A stretch of 64,000 nucleotides of DNA from contig JARFYF010000074.1 in the NCBI GenBank assembly GCA_030265395.1, positions 86,768,288 through 86,832,287 of the forward strand, written 5' to 3'. Positions 49,959 through 63,149 of this stretch are shown here, piece after piece. A model generated the notes under the pieces. The model ran no database searches and was not told the origin of the DNA. It saw only the letters and a program-made list of their open reading frames with translations. Numbering within the stretch: the stretch's first letter is position 1; each line of letters starts with the position of its first letter. The DNA is from Rhina ancylostomus. Lineage: Eukaryota. Both the position numbers and the translations under genes were made by a program.

Positions 49959-50640
49959 GTAAGTGTTCCAACTGTTAAAGTGATGGTATCTTTGTTAATG
50001 GCAAGGAAGAGTAGCCGCAGTGAGATTACATGAACATGGCAGGATAGTGTTTTCCAAAGTGGGGACATACTTCACCTCATGATCTCAAAGCCAAAAACAA
50101 AGAAAAAACACTTAAAACCATGGCCCCAGGATGTTTTTGAAAGGTTGCATGTACTGATAGCACTAATGAACAATGAATATTTGATAATAAGAAACAATAG
50201 AAATCCCATCAAATAATGCTCATTGGTTTCTGATCGCTGAACATAACCATTATTCAATTGAAGGAAAAAGCAAATCAAGGGTAATATTTCTTTAAAGCAA
50301 GTTGCTATTTTTATAGAAAAGTGATACACTAAAATTTCGACAGACCTTTTTTCTGAGTTACCAGGAACCATAGGAAGAGAAACTGCTGGTTAGTTCTATA
50401 TTGTCTCCTACAGGTGCTGGCCCTGTGTTTCCCAACCCAATTCTGAGTGTCCCAAGGGCTCAGTTAACTAAAACAAGATCAGTATTTTAGATTATGTTCG
50501 GAACAATAAAAACCACCATAGACCTATTAGCTTTTAACAGTTAATGAATAGTAATCTGGTTGATAAACTTACAGTCCATTATTATTTTTTTTGTTGCTTC
50601 GATAATTCCTTGTCAGAATTTTTAAAAATATAACTGGCTG

Positions 50641-50760
50641 CAAAAATAAAATACTGCAGATACTGAAAATCTGAAATTAAAAAATAGACAATGTTGGAAA
50701 TACTTAGCAAGTCAGTCAGTGTCTCAGGAAATTAAAACAGAATTAACTTTTCATCAGAAC
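50641..50760 (-). mobile_element. Penelope-derived terminal-repeat fragment (CCDC80 intron)
   Basis: ctgcagatactgaaaatctgaaat...aacagaattaacttttcatcagaac, whose reverse complement begins gttctgatgaa. Confidence 0.65.
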
Positions 50761-51739
50761 ACAATTAGCTGCAGTCTGGTTTACAGTAAATAAATTAGTT
50801 TTACCAGGAGAATAACAATAGAAAAATACACAGATTATTACAGTTGTTGGCGTACCAAAACAGAAGTTGTAATCTATTTAATGCCTGCTCTGGTCACAAA
50901 ATCATTCATAGTCAAAAGAAGATCTATGGAGAGGTGCCAGCACTATAATACTTGAGAAATTACATTTCAGAACAAATTCTTTGAACTGTTTATGTAGTTT
51001 ATGTGTGGTATGGTTGCTAAAAGTCTTGGGACTGAATCTGATGTTGTGCCAATGGGTTAGAACCTTTCAACTTCTAACAGATGATGGATTTTTAAATTCA
51101 GAAGCAGTGCCTTCTAACTTTGTAAATCTCAGGACAATACATTAGAAATGCTCAAACAAAGAATGTGGTTTATGTGTAAGATAATACCTCTTCAATAAAT
51201 GAGCTCATTTTCATGCTGTAGCCTGAGAGACTCAATCCAGTAAGGCTTCAAGCTGCAGTGTCTCACAAACTTTCATAATTTTTTTGTTCAATATGTTAAT
51301 TAAACTGTTTCTCACATTTAGAATTTCAATTATTACATTGTCAGTTCAGCTATTAAATATTTTATGCTAGGATCTCAAATTCACAGTGCAGACAAGATCA
51401 GTGGCAGAAGCTTGTAAGGGAACTGCTCGAGGTCAGTGACAGATGTTCATAAGCCACTGTTGGTTGGAGTGGATCACTGGTGCCAAAAATGAACCAGTGA
51501 TTATTATATGTGAGATAATGGATACAGTAATCACATATGTGGTTCCCTGATAGTTTAGTGTGTAAATGCCTAAGCTTGCAGACCTAACAAAGAGAGGCTT
51601 ATGCTTAGTTTTAGCCATTGGAATGAGTACAAATGGCTGGTGCATGAGATTGAGGGGAGAAAAATCAGACAGATTTCCTTCTTTTGATTGCAAGTCAAAG
51701 CCCCAGTTGATAAGTACAAGAGTTTGGATGTCAGATGAT

Positions 51740-53940
51740 CATAGAAAACTACTGTCAGGTAAGGTCAAAAGGAAATCTAGACATATTATATATGTGCATA
51801 AAGACCAAGAGGATAACTAAGGAAAGCAAAAGGTCCATTAGGGACCAAAAAGACGTGGAAGTAGAGAATGTGGATAAGGTCCTCAATGAATGTTTTTGTC
51901 TGTCTTCACAAAAGAGGGTGATGATGTTGCAGCTAAACTGCAGAGGTGTGATAAATTGGATGGTAATAAAAGAGTTTAGTAAAAATAGTTTAACAAGGTT
52001 TGATTAAAAGAGTGTTAAAGAGCTTAGTTTCTTTGAAAATAGATATGTTGTTGGACCTGGATGAAATTTTTCTCAGGATATTAAAAGAAGCAAAGGAAGA
52101 AATCAAGGAGACTTGGACCATTATTTTTCAATCTTTTTTTGGCTGCAGGAGTGGTGCCAATGGCTTAGAGGAGTGTTAATATTGTGCCATTGTTTAAAAA
52201 GGAAAAGTTAAAGTTGATCATCACAGGTCAGTTAATTAACTTTGGTGGTAACTAAATCACTGGAATCAGATCCAGGGGAATATATAAGCTGTTAACCTGT
52301 GTAGAAAGACAGAGGCTAATCAAGGACAGTCAATGTGGATTTGTTAAGGGAAGGTCCTTTCTGGTTAACAATTGAATTTTTTGGGGAGGTAATTGATGAC
52401 ATGGATTTTATCAAGGCTTTTGACAAGATTCCACTTGGCAGGCTATCCAGAGTAAAAGCCCATGGATGGAAGGAGAGTGACAAAGTTGGTTTTGTGGCTG
52501 GAAGGTTATCTCTTTTAGGGTTCCATAGGGCTTAGTACTTGGCCTCTTTCTTTTCGTGTTATAAATTAATGATTTAGATTTAATTGTAGTGTTCATGACA
52601 GTGAAGTTTGTAGACAATACAAACATTGGTCATGTGATTAACAGTGAGGAGAAAGGCTTTGGACAGCAGCAAGATATAGGTGGACAGATCTGCCCACCCT
52701 AGCTCCCTTATGTGGTTCCATGCTCCACATTAAAGGATAACTAAGGAAAGCAAAAGGTCTGTTAGGGACCAAAAAGATGTGGTGGTAGTAAAATTGTCAA
52801 AAGCCTTGATAAACCTGCAGCCCTTTGTTGCCTCCACCTACCACCTCCCAGGCTCTATTTCCATCCTTCCCTCCTCCAACTGCCAATCACCCCTGCTCAC
52901 CTGAGTCCAACCTATCGCTTGCCTGCTCTCGCCCCACCCCTTCCCCTTACCTCTGTATATTGGCTAAATCCTCCCGACTCTTTCAGTCCAGATAAAGGGT
53001 CTCAACTCAAAATATCAACTGTCCATTTCCCTTAACATATGCTGCCTGGCCCTCTGAGTTCCTCTAGTAGCTTGTTTTATTTTGCTTCAGATTCCAGTAT
53101 CTGCAGTCTCTTGTGTCTCCAGAAAGCTATAGGTGGTCTGTTGGGCATAAAAGTGACAAAAATAATTTATTCCAGAGAAGTGAGAAGTAATTGATTTTGG
53201 GATGTTGCAACTGGACAAGGAAATGCACAATAGATGGGACCATTGAGAATTGTGAAGGAACAGAGGGACCATGGAGAGTAAATCCATAGATCCTTAAAAG
53301 TAGCTGGACAGATCAATAAAGTGGTTAGAAAGGCATAGGAATGTGTTCCTTTTTTAACTGAGGAATTGAATATAAGAATATGCCAGAAATGCATAGAATA
53401 CTAGTTAGTCCTCAGCTTGGGAATTGTGTTCAGTTCCAGTCATCATATTACAGGAAAGACTTGATTGTATAGGAGAGGTTACAGAGAAGATTGATGAAGA
53501 TGTTGCCAGGACTGGAAAATTTAAGCTATGAGAAAGGATTGAGTAGGTTGGGGTTTTCTTTGGAACAGAGGAGGCTCTTGGGAGACTTGACTGAGGTGTA
53601 TAAAATTATGGGGGACTTTGATAGAATAAATGAGAAGAAGCTGCTTTCATTAGCAGAGGGTTCAAAAGCCAGAGACCATAGATTTGAAGTAATCAGGAGA
53701 AAAATTGGAGGGGAGATGAGGAAAAGGGTAATTTCACCCAGAAGGTGGTAGGAGTCTGGAACGCACTGCCTGAAAGGGTGATAGAAGCAGAAATTATCAT
53801 TACTGGAGGTGTACTTGAAGAGTAGTGAACTCCAGAGCTACAGAACAAATGCTGAAAGGTGGGATTAGGCTAACTAGCTCTTTTGCAACTGACCTGAACA
53901 TGATGGGGCCCCTTCTGTGTTGTAGAGTTTCTTGGATCAT
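51740..53940 (+). mobile_element. CR1 LINE ORF2 fossil interrupted by a Penelope-type insertion at 52684-53123
   Basis: Encodes DMDFIKAFDKIP, a KFVDNT motif (decayed KFADDT) and KMLPGLENLSYEKGLSRLGFSLEQRRLLGDLTEVYKIM, followed by a CR1 tail. Confidence 0.85.
52684..53123 (+). mobile_element. Penelope-type 3' end insertion with composite 5' junction and TSD
   Basis: A pyrimidine-rich PLE-type UTR, a decayed hammerhead (cagtccagataaagggtctcaactcaaaatatcaactg) and the tail cagattccagtatctgcagtctcttgtgtctc. TSD aagatataggtgg (52671-52683) / aagctataggtgg (53124-53136). Confidence 0.75.
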
Positions 53941-53994
53941 ATCAGCTACAATGTTCCATGTGAATTACAATTAGCTCACTGTCTAGGCTCATAA

Positions 53995-54440
53995 AGAATG
54001 TGCAGAGGGTAATGAGAAGATTTACAAGGATGATACCAGAGGGTGTACATGTCAGGAAAGAATGAACAGACTAAGGCTCTTTACTCTTGACAAAAGAAGG
54101 ATGAAGGGTGACATAATAGGGGTCTTTTGAATTATCAAAGGTTTGAAAGAGCGAATACAGAGAGAGTGTTTTCACATTGAGAGGAGTGTAATGAAAGGCC
54201 ATCAATTTGAGATAGTCAACAAGAAAACCACAGGGAACTCAAAAGAAGGTAAAGAAGTTTCTGATTTGATTGTTACTGTAAAGAGTGAATAAAATAAATA
54301 GCACAGATGTATTTAATGGGAGATTGAAGAAGCCATTGAGGGAGAAAGGAATGGAAGGTTACATTGACAGATGTAGATAAGGAAAGACAGGAGGTAATTC
54401 AAGTGAAGGATAAATGTCAGCATGGACTGATGGACCACGT
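53995..54440 (+). mobile_element. Older CR1 3' fragment
   Basis: ..RRFTRMIP..ERMNRLRLFTLDKRRMKGDII, a CR1 C-terminal pattern. Confidence 0.65.
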
Positions 54441-54626
54441 ATACTATATAAGAATGGACTGAGTTGCATGCAGAAATCTGCCAAGAATCAGCAAGTTCAA
54501 AATTAGGGGCAAGAGAAAATTCTCAGTTTGAAGTGCTCTTAATTGATGTCAATTCTGTAAAAGTAAATCATTAGCACCTGTCATGACAGTGGATAGGAAT
54601 AAGAATAATTGCAAAGGCCTTCCAAC

Positions 54627-54821
54627 TTAGAATTAGAATCAGGTTTATTATCATTGATGTATGTCATGAAATTTGGTGTTTTGCACCAGCAGTACAGTGC
54701 AAGACATAAACATTAAAATAAGCTACAAAAAATAAATAAATAGTGCAAAAGAGGAATAATGAGGCAATGTTCATGGGTTCACGGACCATTCAGAAATCTG
54801 ATGGCGGAGAGGAAGAAGCTG
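54627..54821 (-). mobile_element. Rex1/Babar LINE 3' tail
   Basis: Reverse complement of about 27690-27870 (cttcttcc..ccatcagatttctgaa..ttcctcttttgcactatttatt..gataataaacctgattct). Confidence 0.88.
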
Positions 54822-54899
54822 AATAGACCTTAATTCCAGTCATAATAAACAATAGGCTGGAATCTCCCTATTCCCTAATTCCTAAATGATGCCAGCCTT

Positions 54900-55310
54900 T
54901 GGCTGAGAAGGCCAAGACCACGTGTAGACTAGGTGACCATTTTGCGAATGGCCACCTTTTGAGCTTCCAGTTCCATGTTGTTTCAAGTCCCCTCCCACAT
55001 CACCCTGTCAGCCCTCAGCCTCCTCCATTGATAAGCCCATGTAAACAGGAGGACAATACCTCGTATTCCACTTGGGTAGCCTACAGCCCAATGGCATGAA
55101 TATTGAATTTTCCACTTTCAGGTAACCCACTCCCCCCGTGTTCCTTTCCCACTCCCACCAGCCCACCCAGCTTCTCTCTTCCTTTGTTCACCTTTTCCAT
55201 CCCCTCCCTCCCCTCATTACCTGAACTCATCACCCTCTCCCATCTGATTCCATCAGCCCTCCCTTATTTGCTTCCATCTGCCCATCATTTGCCTCTTCTC
55301 TCAGCTGTCA
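54900..55310 (+). mobile_element. Penelope GIY-YIG endonuclease C-terminus and 3'UTR fragment
   Basis: KTTCRLGDHFA...YLVFHLGSLQPNGMNIEFSTFR* followed by a C-rich UTR, matching the PLE terminal motif LIFRLG.LQP.GMN.EF. Confidence 0.75.
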
Positions 55311-57059
55311 GTGATAAGCAAATGAGGCTAAGAAACTAATTTATCCTGGTCCTACCACCAGCCTCATCTGAGATACTAGGATCACTTCCAAGTGCGGATG
55401 TGAATCAATATCAGACTAGCCAATTGTTGTAAAGAAGAACAAACAGTTAGGAAGAAACAAACACTGTTGACCTGGAATGTTGTAGGAAATTAGGGATGTG
55501 AACTTTCCTTCAGCGCAGTGAGAAGTTAAATAGTTATTTCAAAGAAATATCGCTATAATGACTTCCCGTCTAGTCATTTGTTGTGGCAGAAATTCTGTAT
55601 CAAATAATAGTGCCATGCTTATACCAGACATTCCCATGTTCCTTCATGGAAGCTCCAGAGTCCACTGTGGGGCTGAGTGTAAGCCCATGGTGCTCTAGTG
55701 GAGTCCTCATGGATTCCAATTCAGCAGTGTAAGTTTCACCAGACTCCTCAGCTGCCTTACAAGTAAATTTTCCCACTCCAGCTGCGCCAGGTTAACACAG
55801 AGCAGGTACAGTAGTCCCATTCAAATGAATGGATGGCATTGGTTACTTGGAAAAATATTAAGAAGTACTTCAACAGCTTTGGCAGCCAGTGGGTCTGGGG
55901 GCAGGGCCACGATGACTGTTGGAGTTGGGCACCCAGCAGGTGACTGTGGCTGGATCTCTGTAGAAGATCTGCCTCATTTTTAAATATGGATTATCTTCAA
56001 ATTAACTCACTTGGATGAGCCACCTGACATTCACTGCAGGCAACAAATTTCTGAGGTAGACTTGTAGCCCAGCACTTGACAGAGTGTGGGAAGCTTTACT
56101 CTGTATTTAAGCTGATTTGGGATTATTTAGTATTGACAGTCAAATGGAAGCTGTTTTGCACCCCAGCACTAACATCAAACATCTGATGTCACTAATACTG
56201 CAGGACACCTGGGCAAGATAATACCATTTGTTGAAATGTTTTTGACTGCAAAGATGTTCTCCACCGTAGGCTTTGGGAATTCTTTTGTGCAGTTTGGTAT
56301 AAAACACCTAAATGGTGTTGGCAATGAACAAATGAAGGTCTATCTGCTACAATAGAATAACAGCAAGTGTTGTGACCCACATGCGTGCAGTATTAGTAAT
56401 TTGTTGGAACTCCCTAAGTCCTGGAATTCAAAATATTAAAAGCATGGGGAGAAATGTTGTCAGCACCAATGAGCAGATTTATCTTTAACTAATACTTGAA
56501 CTGACAGGCTTGCACCTCAACTCCCTTCCAAATTTCCAGTTGTAACATATTTATTGATGCAAAGCCAATGAATCATAGAGATAGGTTTTAGATCAGAACA
56601 GTGCCAAATTATTATATGCTATTTTAACACATTGTTATCTGACACGAGGCTGCGAGAAGAAATTAGTCTGTCCTCCTCTCACCAGATAAAATGTTTCTAA
56701 AAATGTGCAGCATCAGGTGATTTGATTGATAACATGATCTTATCCAACTTTCCAAGTATCCCAGTCAATTAAACTGAATTTCAGGGACAAGCTGTTTTTA
56801 GTGCTGGGAATGAATTTCTTGGTGTAACTCCTTCCAGTTCAACTCTTTCTCTGTGGTATGGGCACGCAACTTTGCCATGTCAAATCCTAGGGCTCAGATT
56901 TGAGCCTATCTGCTGTCTCGCTGCTTTACCCATTGATCATTAGATCTGGCTGGATCATACTGAGTGTCTTTGAATATCCCAAAAACTAACAGTAACTTCC
57001 TTCTATTCCTCAGATACATCAATGGTAGACATACAGTCAGCTTCCACAGATATTGATGG

Positions 57060-57262
57060 CATAAAGTTTAAAAAAAACTTGAAATACTTAAGAATGTAGG
57101 TAACAACCATGGGGAGAAAAATGAAGTTGACTTTTCTGTTCAGTGGTGTTTCAATAAACTTTGGCTCATTCTTTCTCCACAATTACTACCTGACCTGTTG
57201 AATGTTTCCAGCATTTTCTTCTTTTATTTCAGATTTCTAGCATTTGGAGCATTTTGTCTTTA
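57060..57262. mobile_element. Highly degenerate palindromic Penelope-derived element
   Basis: The right arm reads cctgacctgttgaatgtttccagcattttct..ttttatttcagatttctagcat; the left arm is decayed. Confidence 0.5.
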
Positions 57263-58485
57263 TGCTAATGGCCTCCATTTCTCCTCCATCTCTTGTTTCA
57301 AGGCCTCCATCATCGCTACTCTGTCAGACCACTTGTTCAACACCCAGTTCTGTTTTAGACATACTTTTCTTTGCATATTGAGCAATGCAACTACTTTTCC
57401 ATCAGTTTCAAGGTACTCTTCACATACTTTCTCCGGCTGTATCTGACCATTCACAATGTGACCTCTCCCATTCACAATGGGAAAGACAAAAGGAAAAACT
57501 TTTTTTACACAGTGCTTGGTTATGATTTAGAATTCAGTGCCTGTAGGGGTGATTAAAGTCAGGGTTTTCACAAGGAAATTGGATAGGTACTCGGGGGAAA
57601 TAATTTGCTGGGCCTCAACAACGAGTGGGAAATGGGCCAATGTGGACGTGGGCTTAATGCTTCTTTCTGTCCAGTGGTGATTTTATGAAATTACCTCAGC
57701 ATCTTGCTTGAGGTAACCTTTCCTTACCATCCCATCATAGACATTAAAATTAACCCTTGTTTTATTGCTAGATTTGGCACTTACGCTGGCTTATCAGCTG
57801 CTGAATATTCGTGCACACCGCTGTCACTTCTAGGCTCAGCTACCTTAAAGTTTTACTGATGCATCAATTCTCCATGAATTTCAGCTTCTCTAACACTATG
57901 CTGTCCACACACCATCATTATTTTATCCACGATAGCATGGTCTTTCAATACTGATTTATTGTTTTACAAATACTTCTACAGTTGCCAAGTTTTGTTATTA
58001 AAATTATCAATTCCATTAGCCCTAATATGATGCTTTGGCATTTATTTCACGCACATTCAGACACCATCAAGCTGTAGGGGCTTGACAGAATTCAAAGTAC
58101 CAGGCATAAATATTAGCAGCAGGCTTTTTATTCTCTGGTAAATTTTAACAACACTTAGTCATTTCAGAGTGATCATACTGAATTATTTTAGGTGTGTTGT
58201 CTTCAATGATATGTGTTAACAAATTGGCAAGTATCTGACTCTGTCCTTCTTTCAAAGCAGCTATCCCTCACAGTAGTAAACAACAACTCTACTGCAATCT
58301 TTGTAAAATTAGAATGGACTGTTTGAAGTTTCAGGGGATTATTGTATTCAGTAGTCTGCTGACTTATTGTCACTTTGATGGGTAATTTTAAGGGCACAAT
58401 ATGAATAAGAAAAATACTTGATTTCAGAATAATGGCATTTGGAACACTAACTTTTTTTCCAATATGAACTCCTTCTTACCCATAG

Positions 58486-58642
58486 CTTATCACCTCTCCA
58501 AATGACCAAAACAACATGTACGAACAGCAGCGAGATGAATATTTAGAGCATGTCTGTGAAATGGCATTAAGAAAAATCTCAATCATCACCATTTTTGGGC
58601 CCTTGAGTAACAGCACGATTAAAATTGATCATTATCAGCTGG
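58486..58642 (+). CDS. CCDC80: CCDC80 coding exon 2 (start of second DUF4174 repeat)
   Basis: Acceptor ccttcttacccatAG precedes LITSPNDQNNMYEQQRDEYLEHVCEMALRKISIITIFGPLSNSTIKIDHYQL+g, followed by donor GTCAGT at 58643. It is in frame with exon 1 and matches the CCDC80 motif ..ITAP..NNMY.QQRDEYLE..C.MA.RKIS.ITIFGP..NST.KIDH.QL. Confidence 0.95.
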
Positions 58643-59059
58643 GTCAGTATTCCATTCTTTTTTTTCCTTCTCTTTGTAAAATAATATCTAGAATTTCTTC
58701 CATAACTTTGATTCACGGCTGAGATGTTTGGCATATTGTGCATTACTGTACCGGTGTTAGACATAGCACTGCTGTAAGTGATGTGCAGTTTTGCCCTGTA
58801 TTATGCTTGCCGCAGGTTTCTCCAAAAGTCAGAGCAGCACCTCATATGTGGAGCCACTTATACACTTTGTTATTCCTGCCTGTGTGCCTACCCAGCTATA
58901 GTGAAACTCCGCATTATGGCAGAAACAAGAGCCAATGGTGTGTATCTTGTTTAACGTGGCTATGTTCGGTGTATAGCATACTTTTAATTAATGGATCAAA
59001 TTCATGCTGGTAAAAGGTCACAGTGTGTATCCCCAAACTCCTCCATGCATTTTGTGTCT

Positions 59060-60140
59060 AAAAATCTATTTCCTGCTTAAACATATTCAGTGACTTGGTC
59101 TCCATAGTTTTCTGTGGCAGAGAATTCCACAGATTCACCAGCAGGTCTCAAGGTCTTTTCCCATATCCTGAGATAGTGACTCTTGGTTTTAGATTCACAG
59201 GCCAGGGAAACATTTCCCCCCCCCCCACCCTCCCCCCTCCCCGCGGGCCCAAACTGTCGAAACTTGCCAGAAGATTGTACATTTCAATGAGAACTCCTTT
59301 CACTTTCCTAAGTTCTAGTGCATAAAGACCTAGTTTCTAATCTCTCCTCATACAACAATTCTGTCATCCCAGGAATTAGTCTAGTGAACCTTTGCTTTGC
59401 TCCCTGTACGACAAGTATATCCTTTCTTAGGTGTAAGGAGCAAAATGCACACAATGCTCCAGGTGTGCTCTTGTCAAAGTCCTGTATAGTTGTACTAAGA
59501 CATCCTGTTTTTATACTCAAAACTTCTTGCAATGAAAGCCAACATTACGTTTGCCTTCCTGACTGCTTACTGCACCTGAATGTTTGCTTTCGGTGACTGG
59601 TGTAGAAAGACACTCGTATCACTTTATGCATTAATATTTCCCAATCTACCACCATTTAAACTAATACTATGCTTTGTGTTTGTCCTGCCAAAGTGGATAA
59701 CTTCAAATTTATTCACATTATACTATTACATTATTCACATTATTTGCCTGCTTGCTCAGCTTTTTTTAAATTGCCTTAAAGCATTTTTGCATCCTCCTCA
59801 CAACCCCACCCAGTTTCATATTGTCCGCAAGCTTCAAAATATTACATTTGGTTTCCTCATGCAAAGCATTGGGATATTGTTAAGATTAAGACCCAGGCAT
59901 TGATCCCTGGAGATGCTGCACGATGCCCAAAAAAGACATTTATTCCCCAGCACCATTTCTGTTAACCAATTTTCATTTTACATCAGTATTTCACATGCCA
60001 TCCCTTATGCTTTGATTTTGCATACTATCTCTCAGGAGGACTTTATCAAAGGCCTAAAAATTCAAAAATCCCACACCCACCAGTCCTCCTATCTCTATTC
60101 TACAAGTTGCATCCCCAAAAAAGCTCCAGTAGGTTTGTCA
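59060..60140 (-). mobile_element. CR1 LINE fragment (CCDC80 intron)
   Basis: The reverse strand gives HLRKDILVVQGAKQRFTRLIPGMTELLYEERL. Confidence 0.82.
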
Positions 60141-60790
60141 AAATGTGTTGGCAAAGCATGTCCATCACCACCCAAAAAGAAATAAAGCTTATGTAACCTT
60201 TGGTTTATGCAGCCTTTATCAGCACTAAGCATATAAAGCAAGGAAGAAGACGAAAGTAGAGGGGAGGCGAGAACAGGAGATCTTGATCACTACTCCAAAA
60301 TTCACAAGGTGCATTTAAAGTCAACAATCATTCTTTGGCTCACGAGTTCATGATCTGTGCAGGGGACCAGGCCTCTGCAACTGGCTACATTTTAGTTCAG
60401 AAAATGTTCTTCAAAGAGTTTGGCTGCTCAGTATAGATATAGTAAGCTTGTTCCCAATGCACAAATTGAGAAGGCAAATGTGATTCTTTGAAAGATATTG
60501 TCCTTGTTCCAGCAAAATTTAAAATCTAAAGGGTTTAAATTATCAGTGGCAACTATATTCTCTAATATGGTAGCAGCCACTGTTTGCTTATTTTACCCAA
60601 TCAATAGTGTGAATGGTGTGCTTCCAATATTGTTAAAATGGATATTGTTGAAAATGCTCCAGACTCTTGTTCAGTGAGTAGTTTTTTCATATCAGATATT
60701 CTATAACAAATGCCAATGATCTCTTTTGTGTCAGGATGTAGTTTACTTATTTGTAAAGATATTAACTGTGATGTATTTTATTATTTTAAG

Positions 60791-60924
60791 ACAATGAGAA
60801 GCCAGTGAAAGATATAAGGTACAATGACCTGGATCAAGTTATCATCACTGAACTTCGCAAAGAGTATGGGTTAACTGAGAATGAGTTCTTCATGGTACTA
60901 ACTGATTTAGACATGAAAGTAAAG
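60791..60924 (+). CDS. CCDC80: CCDC80 coding exon 3
   Basis: Acceptor ttttattattttaAG; the phase-1 junction g|ac gives D. The exon reads DNEKPVKDIRYNDLDQVIITELRKEYGLTENEFFMVLTDLDMKVK and ends at donor GTAAGG (60925). It matches the CCDC80 motif DNEKP...DQ..I.ELRKEYG.T.N.FFMVLTD.D..VK. It is absent from the ORF track. Confidence 0.95.
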
Positions 60925-61206
60925 GTAAGGCAAAATTATTTTTCATAGAGAGCATCTGGCATGTCTTAATATATGGGTTCACTAATTAAGTTTTAGTAGC
61001 CTTTTCACTTTCTGCAGCTTATCATTTTAAACACATTAAGTATTTGGGTTGTCCAGCTTTATTTTCTTTCAGTACTCTCCCCCTTTGCTTTGAGACTTGA
61101 CTTTTGTTGTGCTGTGACATCATGGACACCCTTCAGGACCTTATCCATTTAGGGCAGCCGATTTGTGAGACTAAACAGCAGGCCATTTTACTGTGAAGAG
61201 CTTCAG

Positions 61207-61246
61207 CCATGCCTGATAGCTTTCACCCATGCCTGATAGCTTTCAC
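61207..61246. repeat. Perfect 20-bp tandem duplication
   Basis: CCATGCCTGATAGCTTTCAC occurs twice in tandem. Confidence 0.95.
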
Positions 61247-63149
61247 CCAACAATCACACAGCTACACTTCTCAGTACAGCCTAATCATGATCAGGATCAG
61301 AAATTCCTTTTTTAACAATAAAACTGGGCATGTTCTATAGTCATTGATTCTTCAATGAAATCACAGAAACAAACAACTTTGAAATCCCCCAGTGCCTTGT
61401 TTTTTATGGAGAAAAGTAACTGTTCTCTGTCTCTGCTCGTGAGGAGTTTCACTACCGAGGTACTTGAGCTGATTCTTCCTATTCTCACATGTCCACTGTT
61501 ACTGGGGTCAAGTGTAGCACTGCGGTTGCTGCTCCAACCAAGATCCCACAGACTAGGAGCCACACACATCTTATCAGTGTGAAGAACCACACTTGTAAAC
61601 TTTTAGTGTATCAAAATATGATCTTACATACACAATATTTGGGAATACTGTTTGAACAGAGTCCTTGGTTACTGTGACTAGCACACTGAAAATAAACCAA
61701 GCCTAGCATCATTTTACCCTGCCTTTGGATACAGTAGAATGATCACTCTATCAACCCATATGGCTTAGGTTATGGTCTATGAAGCTAAATCAAGAAATTA
61801 GGGGCAGAAAAGATTAACATACTACACTTCACTTGACTCCAGAATGTTTTACTTATATCTCCAAGGATACAAAAATAATAAAAGAATCAACACTCAACTA
61901 GCTCTCCATATGGTACTGAGGTTGAAACAACATCTTGTACCCTGAAACATGTGTAGTCTATTTCCCAGGGAGCTTTCACATGCTCAGTCCTACATCTGCT
62001 ACAATGCAGCTCCTTAATTCTCAAAAAAAACTGTAACAAATTTTCTGGACAGAGTTTAAAATACAAGCAGTTAATCCACTAGATTTGCGTAATTGACAAT
62101 GATTTTGATCTCTTTTCTCTCGGTGCTTCAGCCATGTTGCAGGTACTTTGGATGAAGCTTCTAAATCATTGGCTAAAACTTTGGTGAAACGGGTGGCTGC
62201 AGAGTTTTGTGGCGGTCAGGCGTCGCTGTGTCTTTTTGTACTAGCTTGTAAGGCGGCCATGCCACTGGCCCTGCAGTTACATGAGTGGTTGGTCCTCAAT
62301 CCTCTCTGACACACTTCATGTCACTTGGGTATTCAATTGTAGTGCTGCCTTGAAAGAGAACCTCTTCATCGCTGACTCCTCTGGCCACAGACAAGATGAG
62401 CAGCAGCCTGATCTGCAGCATTGCAATAAAGTCTGAAGAACCTTTTCAGATTACCCTATCTTTCTTATACCCCAGCACATGATGCTGGGAAAAACCACTG
62501 CATGAAAATTAAAAGTGAAAGCCTCCTTGGCAGGAGCTTGAATATCTACAAAGAAACTACCATTGGACCTGGGCTGCAGAAGGTTCTGCTCCAGATGCCT
62601 CTTGGTTTGTTGCACTAAATATACAATGCAGAAAGGCTTTGCTAGACAGACATATAGACACAGCTGCTGGCTTTCTCCATAGTATATTTTGGATAAACAA
62701 GCAATATTCATGGACCAATCCTCCATTTCATTTTAATAAGAAAGCCCTATGAAATCCAAGTACTGCAACTGAAGAAAAGCCGAGCTGGTCCTCTGGACCA
62801 TGATTCATGTAGGTTGTTTTCTACCAACAGTTGTGCGCTGCCACTCACTTGATGCTACGTCTTTAACATCTTTTCTAAGTCCTTTGTGACGTGTGTGGCT
62901 ATGTGTGGGAATGAGAGTGAAGCAGTGGAACATTAAGTGTCACCCACTGCTTAAGGTCACTTACTGTGCCATGAGATACAGAAAACCAGATGAACAGAAA
63001 AGTCCCAACACAACTCCCTTGTACAGAACTTGCATTGCAATGGGAGACTCCAAGTCTTTGAGAGGGAAGGAGAACGCAACATAACTAGACTTAGTTGCTA
63101 CTTGGCCTGAGCTAAGGAAGCTTTCCTTCATAAAAGTCCACAGTCTCTT

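Noticed and set aside
48201-50033. 610-aa ORF as a complete single-exon gene
   Set aside because: CCDC80 homology stops at the GTAAGT donor (49959) and resumes in exons at 58486 and 60791, so the last 24 codons are intronic in the canonical model.
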